Source: Armatimonadia bacterium
GTDB lineage: Bacteria > Armatimonadota > Zipacnadia > Zipacnadales > UBA11051
DNA: 11,703 nucleotides
NCBI GenBank assembly: GCA_039683575.1
Contig: JBDKRC010000015.1
Span: 1 to 11,703, forward strand
Reading direction: 5' to 3'
Made by a program: the position numbers and the translations under genes. Under the pieces are notes generated by a model that saw only the letters and a list, made by a program, of their open reading frames with translations, did not search any database and was not told where the DNA came from. Each line of letters begins with the position of its first letter. Positions within the stretch are counted from its first letter, which is position 1. Below, piece by piece: positions 1-6,857 of the stretch.

Positions 1-268
1 CATCTGCCTGAAGGACCAGGACCCCCGCGAGGTCAGCAGTCCTCCCAGCGGCCTCTTTGAGCTACAGGACGCAGAAACCGGCCAGCGCCGCCTGATCAAC
101 CTGACACCCCGCCTCGCCGAGCAAATGCGGTTCAACGCCATGCAGCGCAACGCACAGCTAAAACAGGAACTGGCGCGCCACAAGGCGGACCTGGTCGAAC
201 TAGAGGCAGGCCAATCTCCGGCGGAACCGTTAGCAGCCTTCTTCCAGAAACGGTCGCGCCGCCGATGA
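1..268 (+). CDS. DUF58 domain protein (MoxR-associated), 3' partial
   Basis: Frame starting at base 2 reads ICLKDQDPREVSSPPSGLFELQDAETGQRRLINL...ELARHKADLVELEAGQSPAEPLAAFFQKRSRRR, TGA at 266-268. The DPRE..P..G...L.DAETG motif and the basic L..FF..R C-terminus are typical of DUF58 proteins. It lies directly upstream of the bat genes. Not in the ORF track because the start is outside the window. Confidence 0.9.
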   Translation, partial: ICLKDQDPREVSSPPSGLFELQDAETGQRRLINLTPRLAEQMRFNAMQRNAQLKQELARHKADLVELEAGQSPAEPLAAFFQKRSRRR

Positions 269-1431
269 GTACCCTCGCGTATCGCTCAACCTCAAGGTCG
301 CGTAGTGCGGGCGTCTCGCCCGCTGCCGTCCCTGGGTGCGCGGGGTCCCAACCCGCTGACGTTCGCACGTTCGCCATAGGTGCCGAAAAATGGGGACTGA
401 CCCCATCTTCGCAACCTTCCCGAACGCCTTCCGCCAAGCGCCATGCGAAAATGGGGTCTGTCCCCGTTTTCCTCGCCCTCCTGCTGCTGACGAGCCACGC
501 CTTCGCCGCCGCCACCATCAACTCGGCCATAGACAAGCCGCAGGTCACGGTCGGCGAGCCCTTCACCTACACCGTCACCCTGGTGCTCCCCCGTGGTGCC
601 ACAGCCAAGCTGCCCGGCGAGACCGTGAAGCTCAAGCTCCTCGAAGTCCGCGACTACAAGCCGCAGCAGGCCCCACAGGCCGACGGCTCGGTGCAACATA
701 CCCTTCAGTACACGCTCGTCAGCTTCGACACAGGCACCCAGGGCGTCAAAGACTTCAAAGTACCCGTGCGCATGGCCGACGGCACTTCCGAAACGTGGCT
801 GGCCCCGCCGGTCGAGATCAAAGTCGCGAGCGTCCTGCCCCCACAGGGCAAAGTCGAGCCCAAGGGCTTCTACGGCCCGATAACGCTCAAAGCCTGGTGG
901 GCAGACTGGCTGCTGCCGGTACTGATCGCACTGGCAATCCTCGCTGTGGCTGCCATGGTAATCTGGCGCCTCCGCAAGCGCCGCCCGGCGGCCACCGTAG
1001 ACGCTGCGCCTGAAGTCATCCTCGCCCCTGACCAGGCCGCTCTGCGCGCTTTGGAGCGGCTCCGCGAAGACGATCCCATCGCGGCGGGTGACTTCCTGGG
1101 CTTCTACCTGCGCCTCGATGAGACCCTCCGCGCCTGGCTGCAGGCCCGCTTTGACGTTCCGGCGATGGAACGCACCACGATGGGCATCATGTACCTGCTC
1201 CGTGTCCGCCGCGACACCGACGAATGGCGCGCGGAGTATCTCGACCTACTCAAGGCCGCCAATCGCGTCAAGTACGCCAAGCTCCTGCCAACCGACGGCG
1301 AGGCCCATGACCACCTTGACCAGGCCCAGGCAGTAATCGAGCAAGCGGTCGCAATTGCCACGATCCCGCCCGCTGTTCCCGGGAGCGCGGGCATCCCTGC
1401 CCGCTCGGATGACCGGGGTGAGGCCAAATGA
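265..1431 (+). CDS. BatD-like/DUF4381-type membrane-anchored protein of Bat operons (signal peptide, Ig-like domain, TM helix, helical cytoplasmic domain)
   Basis: Signal-like segment FLALLLLTSHAFA, BatD-like beta domain (IDKPQVTVGEPFTYTVTL...YTLVSFDTG), TM WLLPVLIALAILAVAAMVIW followed by RLRKRR, and C-terminal FY..L...LR.WL..RF...AME.TT and A..VKYAK motifs. ATGA overlaps with the DUF58 stop (265-268) and the batA start (1428-1431). An alternative start is ATG 451. Confidence 0.85.
   Translation: MSTLAYRSTSRSRSAGVSPAAVPGCAGSQPADVRTFAIGAEKWGLTPSSQPSRTPSAKRHAKMGSVPVFLALLLLTSHAFAAATINSAIDKPQVTVGEPFTYTVTLVLPRGATAKLPGETVKLKLLEVRDYKPQQAPQADGSVQHTLQYTLVSFDTGTQGVKDFKVPVRMADGTSETWLAPPVEIKVASVLPPQGKVEPKGFYGPITLKAWWADWLLPVLIALAILAVAAMVIWRLRKRRPAATVDAAPEVILAPDQAALRALERLREDDPIAAGDFLGFYLRLDETLRAWLQARFDVPAMERTTMGIMYLLRVRRDTDEWRAEYLDLLKAANRVKYAKLLPTDGEAHDHLDQAQAVIEQAVAIATIPPAVPGSAGIPARSDDRGEAK
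302..356 (+). repeat. Two tandem REP-like hairpins inside the 5' part of the 265-1431 ORF
   Basis: GTAG-T-GCGGGCG-TCT-CGCCCGC (302-323, perfect 7-bp stem), then a degenerate copy GCGGGGT-CCC-AACCCGC (340-356) 33 nt downstream with the same 7-3-7 geometry. Confidence 0.75.
385..471. repeat. REPIN/MITE-like inverted doublet of GGGG(A/T)CTG(A/T)CCCC palindromes
   Basis: 385-413 GAAAAATGGGGACTGACCCCATCTTCGCA nearly matches the reverse complement of 444-471 (GAAAACGGGGACAGACCCCATTTTCGCA). Each arm is itself a hairpin. The spacer is 30 nt and the total length is 87 nt (29 codons). Confidence 0.8.
1367..1404 (+). repeat. REP-like hairpin inside the 3' end of the 265-1431 ORF
   Basis: GGAG-C-GCGGGCA-TCCC-TGCCCGC (1382-1404). 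1367-1391 aligns to 317-344 at 22/25 with one 3-nt gap. Confidence 0.75.
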
Positions 1432-2435
1432 CCTTCGCCAACCCCTACGCTTTCCTGTTGCTCATACTCCTGCTGCCGATGATCTGGTGGCTCGTACGCA
1501 ACTCCCGCGAAGCCACCGCCGTCGCCGGCTACCCTGACCTGCGCCTGCTCGGCCCGCGCCGCGCCAATCTGCGCCTCTTCCTGGCGCGCTACTGGCCGTG
1601 GCTGCGCCTGCCTGCCCTGGTCCTGCTCATCGTGGCCCTCGCCCGCCCGCAGGTCTCGGCCGGGGTCAAGGAGACCAGTGGGTCCGGCATAGACATCATG
1701 CTGGCACTGGATATCTCGGGCAGTATGCAGGCCGAGGACTTCAAGCCCAAGAACCGCTTCACGGTGGCCCGCGAGGTCCTGCGGGAGTTCATCAGCCAGG
1801 CCGGAGCCAACCGCCTCGGCCTCGTGGTCTTCGCGGGTCAGGCCTTCACGCAAAGCCCCCTCGCCGCTGACCACACTATCGTGTCCCAGCTTCTGGAGAG
1901 CGTCGAGATGGGGATGCTGCAAGATGGCACGGCCATCGGCATGGCCATCGCCACTGCTTCCAGCCGGCTGCAGGCCTCCAAGGCCCGCAGCAAGGTCATC
2001 ATCCTGCTGACTGACGGGGTGAACAACCGGGGAGAGATTGACCCTCCAACCGCCGCGGAAGCCGCTGCGGCCATGGGGATCAAGATCTATGCCATCGGGG
2101 TAGGCAAGCAGGGCGGGGCGCCGATCCCCATCCCCGACCCGATGTTCGGCAAGCGTTACCTGCGCGACGCCGCGGGCAATCTGGTCATGACCAAGCTCGA
2201 CGAGGACATGCTCAAGAAGATCGCCTCGCTCACCGGCGGGCAGTACTTCCGTGCCACCGACGCGACGACCCTTCGGCAGATATATACCCACATCGACAAG
2301 ATGGAGAAGTCCGAATTCACGGCCAAACGGGAGCAGAAGTTCAACGAGCTCTTCCCCCGCTATCTGTGGCCCGGCCTGATCATTCTGATGGTACAATTCC
2401 TTCTAGGGGTAACCTGGCTGCGCAGAGCCCCGTAG
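1428..2435 (+). CDS. batA: BatA, VWA domain membrane protein
   Basis: N-terminal FANP..LLL BatA segment, ALARPQ, MIDAS DISGS, then FAG, GTAIG, LLTDG, GG.YFRA and a C-terminal TM helix. SD-like GGTGAGG at 1417-1423. Confidence 0.95.
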   Translation: MTFANPYAFLLLILLLPMIWWLVRNSREATAVAGYPDLRLLGPRRANLRLFLARYWPWLRLPALVLLIVALARPQVSAGVKETSGSGIDIMLALDISGSMQAEDFKPKNRFTVAREVLREFISQAGANRLGLVVFAGQAFTQSPLAADHTIVSQLLESVEMGMLQDGTAIGMAIATASSRLQASKARSKVIILLTDGVNNRGEIDPPTAAEAAAAMGIKIYAIGVGKQGGAPIPIPDPMFGKRYLRDAAGNLVMTKLDEDMLKKIASLTGGQYFRATDATTLRQIYTHIDKMEKSEFTAKREQKFNELFPRYLWPGLIILMVQFLLGVTWLRRAP

Positions 2436-2459
2436 CGTTGCGCAGTTGCCAATGCCGTC

Positions 2460-2495
2460 CCTGATACCTGGTTCCTGACACCCTGAAACCTGCCT
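2460..2495 (+). repeat. Degenerate heptamer tandem repeat (CCTGnnn x5) in the batA-batB spacer
   Basis: CCTGATA CCTGGTT CCTGACA (C) CCTGAAA CCTGCCT. Confidence 0.7.
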
Positions 2496-2498
2496 TCC

Positions 2499-3524
2499 AT
2501 GACTAGTTACTTCCGTTGGAACAATCCTGAACTCCTGATCTGGCTCTGGCTGGCGCCTGTGGTGCTGCTTCTTGGCTGGAGGGCCATCCGCCTGCGCATC
2601 GCCGCCGCCCGCCGGTTCTGTCCGGAACTCGGTGACGAGCGGTTGTCTTTGCGCCCACTATGGGAGCGTCTCTACATCAAGACCATCGTGATCGCACTGG
2701 CCCTGCTGCTGCTGGTCATTGCTCTAGCCCGTCCGCAGGTGGGTCTGCATCGCGAGCGCGCCCAGCGCAAGGGCGCGGACATCATCATCGTGGTGGACAC
2801 CAGCCTGAGCATGCAGGCCCAGGACATGCAGCCCAACCGCCTCGAGGCCGCCAAGCTGGCCGCCGCCAACCTTGTAAACCGCCTGCCTAATGACCGCTTC
2901 GGGATCGTGGTCTTCTCGGGCGACGCGCACCTCTACTGCCCGATCACGGTTGATCACGACGCAGTTCAGATGTTCATCGACTCTCTGACGACGCAATCTT
3001 CGCCCCAGCCCGGCACTGCACTATCGGAAGCCATGAAGGCTGCAGGCTCGGCCCTTGCCAACAGTGAAAGCAAGCACCGTGCCATCGTTCTGCTGAGCGA
3101 TGGCGAGGACCATGTTTCCGACACCCTTGAGGTGGCTGGGAAGGTTGTGCGCGAGACTGCCGCGCGGGTGGAGGTACTGGGCTTCGGAAGCCTCGAAGGC
3201 GAGCCGATCCCGGTGATAGACGAGGGCGGCAACGTCCAGGGCTTCAAGCAGGACGAGAAAGGCCAGCAGGTGCTCTCCAAGCTGGGTGAGGACGAACTGC
3301 GAAAGCTGGCCACCATCGGCAAGGGTATGTACTACCGGGCCATGGACCGCGGCGCGGCCGACCAGTTGGCCTCGCGCCTCGAAGCCATGGAGGGTTCGCA
3401 GGTGGGGACGATGCTCTACACGGACTATGGCGAGAGGTTCCAGTGGCCGCTGACCATCGCGCTCGTGCTGCTGGCGCTGGAGTGGCTGCTGCCGGAGCGT
3501 GGAAGGAGCCGGAAGAATGCGTAG
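2499..3524 (+). CDS. batB: BatB, VWA domain membrane protein
   Basis: ALARPQ, MIDAS DTSLS, P.RLEAAK, DRFGIVVFSG, PIT.DH, GTAL, LLSDGEDH, G..IP, and a C-terminal ERFQWPL plus TM. Second VWA gene after batA. Confidence 0.93.
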   Translation: MTSYFRWNNPELLIWLWLAPVVLLLGWRAIRLRIAAARRFCPELGDERLSLRPLWERLYIKTIVIALALLLLVIALARPQVGLHRERAQRKGADIIIVVDTSLSMQAQDMQPNRLEAAKLAAANLVNRLPNDRFGIVVFSGDAHLYCPITVDHDAVQMFIDSLTTQSSPQPGTALSEAMKAAGSALANSESKHRAIVLLSDGEDHVSDTLEVAGKVVRETAARVEVLGFGSLEGEPIPVIDEGGNVQGFKQDEKGQQVLSKLGEDELRKLATIGKGMYYRAMDRGAADQLASRLEAMEGSQVGTMLYTDYGERFQWPLTIALVLLALEWLLPERGRSRKNA

Positions 3525-4182
3525 TCCGCTCTATCTACGGCGTGTCATCGCACTCATGCTTGCTCTGCCATTGCTCTGGGGCTTCACCTTCCCGGGCAGT
3601 GTGCAGCGCACCTGGCGGCAGGCGGACCGCGCCTTCAACCGCAAGCAATACGCTGAGGCCGAGAAGCTCTATGAAAAGGCGCGGACCGAACACCCGCAGG
3701 AATGGCGGTTGTTGTATAATACGGCCGTAGCCCAGGCGGGCAACAAGAGCTTCGACAAGGCCATTGAGAACCTGCAGAAGGTGGCGGCGAACGGACCGCA
3801 GGAGTTGCGGGAGGCCGCGGAGTTCAATACCGGGAACTGCTATCTCGCCCAGCAGAAGCCCAAAGAGGCCATCGAGCACTATAAGCGGGCCCTGTATCTC
3901 AAGCCCGACGACGTGAACGCCAAGTGGAACCTGGAGTTGGCCAAGCGCCAACAACAGCAGCAGCAGAAGCAACAGCAACAACAGCAGAAACAGCAACAGA
4001 AACAGAAGCCCAAGCCTGACAAGCAGCAACAGAAGCCGCAACCGCAGCAGAAGAAGATGGACAAGGAACAGGCCCAGCGCCTGCTGCAGTCGCTCAGCCA
4101 GGCCGACAAGGACCTGCAGAAGAAGCTCTCCAAATACCGCAACCAGCCCACCAGCGACAATCGTCCAGCCCGGGACTGGTAA
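3517..4182 (+). CDS. batC: BatC, TPR protein with Q/K-rich linker
   Basis: Start set at ATG 3517 (SD AAGGAG 3503-3508, overlaps the batB stop) rather than 3499. Signal/TM segment, TPRs (AEKLYEKA; FNTGNCY...AIEHYKRALYLKPDD.NAKWNLELA), a polyQ tract, QA.RLL.SL and the terminal RDW typical of BatC. Confidence 0.9.
   Translation: MRSPLYLRRVIALMLALPLLWGFTFPGSVQRTWRQADRAFNRKQYAEAEKLYEKARTEHPQEWRLLYNTAVAQAGNKSFDKAIENLQKVAANGPQELREAAEFNTGNCYLAQQKPKEAIEHYKRALYLKPDDVNAKWNLELAKRQQQQQQKQQQQQQKQQQKQKPKPDKQQQKPQPQQKKMDKEQAQRLLQSLSQADKDLQKKLSKYRNQPTSDNRPARDW
3949..4056 (+). repeat. CAG/CAA/AAG low-complexity coding repeat (Q/K/P linker of BatC)
   Basis: Encodes QQQQQQKQQQQQQKQQQKQKPKPDKQQQKPQPQQKK with mixed codons. 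Confidence 0.9.
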
Positions 4183-4194
4183 AAGCACCCGCCG

Positions 4195-5979
4195 ATGCAG
4201 ACACGCCACTTTCTCCAGATCGCGACAATGACCCTGGTTTGCCTGCTGGGGGCCGCCATGGCGGCCTCCGCGCAGGTGAGCGTCAGCGCGAGTGTCAGTC
4301 AGGACACAATCGGCCGCGGGGACATGCTCGAACTGACGGTGCGCATCAGCGGCGCCCGTGTCGGCGATGACAACGCGCCGGCCGTGCCCAACATGCAGGG
4401 CTTCGAGGTTGTCTCAACCTCTACCAGCCAATCCGTCTCGATCATCAATGGACAGGTAGCCAGCCAGAGCAGCTTCATCTACATGCTGATGCCCAAGCGG
4501 TCCGGCAAGCTGCAGATCCCCCCCATCGCCGTGACCGTGCGAGGCAGACGCTATGCAACCCAGCCGATCTCGGTAACCGTAACGGGCTCCGGATCGAGCA
4601 CCCGCAACCAGCCACTCCTGCCCCAGTCTGCTCAGAACCCCTTCGCCCCCGGCCCGCTGAGCCAGGCAGACGCCGGTAAGGCGGTCATCGTCCGGCAGTC
4701 GGTTGACCACAAGACCGCGTACGTCGGCCAACAGATCACGTACACTTTCTCCTTCATGCAGTCCGAACAGCTTTACAGCGAGGTTGAGTACGCCCAGGCA
4801 AGCACGTCCGGGTTTGTGGTCGAGGACCTGCCCAACCCACCGCAGTCGATGCAGACCGTCAACAACCGCCCCTACAACGTCCAGCGGCGCATGAAAGCCC
4901 TCTTCCCCACCGCGCCCGGCAAGTACACCATTGGCAAGGCCTCCGTCACCGTGACCACAGACCCTCTGATCGGCGCGGAGGAACTGGTGGCCGATCCGAT
5001 CACCATAACGGTGCTGCCCCTGCCCGCCGCAAACCGGCCCGCTGACTTCACGGGAGCCGTGGGCTCGTTCCAGGCGTTGGTGAGCGTCGACGGCGGGGTC
5101 GTTAGAGCCGGCGAAACACTCAACTGCCGCGTCGAGATACGCGGCACCGGCAACATCAAGTCACTCGGTGCCCCGCAATTGAACGCTCCGGCCTCGGTAC
5201 GGGTATACAAGGCCGGGGAGAAGCGCAACGCGGTTCCCGGCGGCGTGGGCACGTCAAGCAGCACCCTCGGCGGCGTGGCCACCTTCACCTACCTCCTGCT
5301 TCCTCGCGAGGCCGGCTCCTTGACGATCCCCTCGGTGCGCTACCCGTACTTCGACCCAGAGCAGGGCGTGTACCGCTACGCCGAGAGCAAGCCCCTGGCC
5401 ATCACGGTCACTCCTGGCACGGGCGGAACGACGACAGCGCCAGTTCTGCCCACTGATGACCTGCGGCCTGTGAAAGCCAATCCCGGTCACCCGACGCCTA
5501 CGCCTGTTACCCGCAGGCTGTGGTTCTGGCTTCTGCAGGCCATTCCGCTGGCCCTGGTGCTGGTGGCCGGCTGGCGCCGTTGGGAAGAGCATCGCGTCAT
5601 AGTAGCGCCCGATCTCGCACGGTCCGGAAGTGCGCTCGGGTTGGCGCGGCGGCGGTTTGACCTGGCCACCAGATCACTCGACACCGGTGGCACCGATGCC
5701 CTGTATTCCGAGGTAAATGCCGCCCTCGCCGACTACATAGCCGACCGCACTGGTGCGCCTCCGGCTGGGCTCACCGCAGACACAGCAAAGGAGTTGCTGC
5801 TCCAGCACGGTGCGGACCCGGCCCTCGCAGATAAGGCTTACGGGTTACTGAGCCGCTCGGCGGCAGGACGCTTCGCGCCCGGCGGAGCGGAAGCGGGGAA
5901 TGCGCTGGCGCTGGTCCGGGAAGCCCGGGAACTGGTCGATGCGCTGCAAAGGCAGGTGAGACCGCGTGACGAAGAGTAG
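4195..5979 (+). CDS. batD: BatD family protein
   Basis: Signal peptide ending ASA-Q, repeated Ig-like units (STSQSVSIING; Y.L.P...G.L.IP; AYVGQQI; FTGAVGSF; GTGNI; F.YLLLP...G.L.IP; YFDP..G.Y), TM WFWLLQAIPLALVLVAGW and a C-terminal RFAP motif. Confidence 0.93.
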   Translation: MQTRHFLQIATMTLVCLLGAAMAASAQVSVSASVSQDTIGRGDMLELTVRISGARVGDDNAPAVPNMQGFEVVSTSTSQSVSIINGQVASQSSFIYMLMPKRSGKLQIPPIAVTVRGRRYATQPISVTVTGSGSSTRNQPLLPQSAQNPFAPGPLSQADAGKAVIVRQSVDHKTAYVGQQITYTFSFMQSEQLYSEVEYAQASTSGFVVEDLPNPPQSMQTVNNRPYNVQRRMKALFPTAPGKYTIGKASVTVTTDPLIGAEELVADPITITVLPLPAANRPADFTGAVGSFQALVSVDGGVVRAGETLNCRVEIRGTGNIKSLGAPQLNAPASVRVYKAGEKRNAVPGGVGTSSSTLGGVATFTYLLLPREAGSLTIPSVRYPYFDPEQGVYRYAESKPLAITVTPGTGGTTTAPVLPTDDLRPVKANPGHPTPTPVTRRLWFWLLQAIPLALVLVAGWRRWEEHRVIVAPDLARSGSALGLARRRFDLATRSLDTGGTDALYSEVNAALADYIADRTGAPPAGLTADTAKELLLQHGADPALADKAYGLLSRSAAGRFAPGGAEAGNALALVREARELVDALQRQVRPRDEE

Positions 5980-6760
5980 AATTGCGGTCGCCCTGGCCGC
6001 CATCACCCTGGTAGGGGCTGTGCTACTACCTGGCCTGTGCTTCAGTCAGACCCCGTTCGCGAATGGCAATACGTACTTCCAGCGCGGAGAGTACCCCCAG
6101 GCGCAGCAACAGTACCTGGCCCAGCTTCAGCGCGGGCCGGTGACAGCGCCGCTCCTGTACAACCTCGGCAACACCTGCCTCCGCCTGCAGCAACTCGGCT
6201 GGGCGATTCTGTACTATGAGCGGGCGCTGCTCGCCACGCCGCGGGATGCCGACCTGCGGGCGAATCTGGCCCTGGCCATCGCCAGCCGCCAGGCTCCGCC
6301 AAGCACTGAGGCACCTGGATGGACGCAGGTAGTCCTGCGCGGCATCCTCGACCGCTTCTCGCTCAATGAGCTGGCCGGCGCCGCCTCGCTGATGTACTTC
6401 GCGGCGTGCGCCATGCTGCTATGGCGACTGCGCAGCCGCAATTTCCGGCGGCGCTACATGTGGGTATTGGGAATTGTCAGTCTGCTGGCGGTACTGCTGA
6501 TCTTCCTCGGAGCCACGAAAGCCCACCTCGACCACAATCCCCGTCGGGCGGTCGTGGTAACAAGCGGCAACCTCATGAGCGGGCCGGGCGACAGTTTTCA
6601 GGCCGTCCGAAAGGTATACGAGGGGGAGATGGCGCAGATAACGGGGCATCAGGGAGTGTGGCGTGAAGTGCGGCTCGAGACGGGGACCGTGGGGTGGCTG
6701 TCACAGGGGGCTGTCGAGACGGTGGTCGCGCCTCAAGCCGGCAGAGAGGCCGGGCATTAG
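5966..6760 (+). CDS. batE: BatE-like TPR + TM + SH3b protein
   Basis: GTG start overlapping the batD end with AGGTGAG upstream. F..GN.YF..GEY, YNLGN...LG.AILYYERAL...PRD.DLRANL, two TM helices, and C-terminal SGP...YEG...W.EVRL..G.VGWL (SH3b-like). Confidence 0.88.
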   Translation: MTKSRIAVALAAITLVGAVLLPGLCFSQTPFANGNTYFQRGEYPQAQQQYLAQLQRGPVTAPLLYNLGNTCLRLQQLGWAILYYERALLATPRDADLRANLALAIASRQAPPSTEAPGWTQVVLRGILDRFSLNELAGAASLMYFAACAMLLWRLRSRNFRRRYMWVLGIVSLLAVLLIFLGATKAHLDHNPRRAVVVTSGNLMSGPGDSFQAVRKVYEGEMAQITGHQGVWREVRLETGTVGWLSQGAVETVVAPQAGREAGH

Positions 6761-6844
6761 CCGGTCCAGGACTACCGCAACGTAATGCGTCGTTGGGGCG
6801 GGCGGCCCGTGAGACCCTTCGTGGCCTCGGCCCCACCTCACGGC

Positions 6845-6850
6845 GGGAGG
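6845..6850 (+). promoter_or_regulatory. Shine-Dalgarno sequence for the TTG start at 6858
   Basis: GGGAGG, 7 nt upstream of TTG. Confidence 0.7.
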
Positions 6851-6857
6851 GCCCTCG

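Noticed and set aside
302-471. Palindromic repeats as a mini CRISPR array
   Set aside because: Two different repeat families with only two copies each, one pair inverted, and no cas genes in the window.
1104-2396. 430-aa minus-strand ORF
   Set aside because: Antisense shadow of batA and the upstream gene. Long stop-free antisense frames are expected at high GC, and it has no recognisable motifs.
2433-2498. batA and batB share a frame, suggesting TAG read-through fusion
   Set aside because: A second in-frame stop (TGA 2484-2486) lies in the spacer.
3949-4056. PolyQ tract as a contingency or phase-variable locus
   Set aside because: Q-rich linkers are normal in BatC, the codons are mixed, and triplet slippage would not shift the frame.
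4180-4197. batC and batD in frame, 12 nt apart
   Set aside because: TAA stop after the canonical terminal DW, and batD has its own signal peptide. No sign of read-through.
3535-4259. Poly-Leu and poly-Cys minus-strand ORFs
   Set aside because: Reverse-complement readings of the batC CAG/CAA tract.
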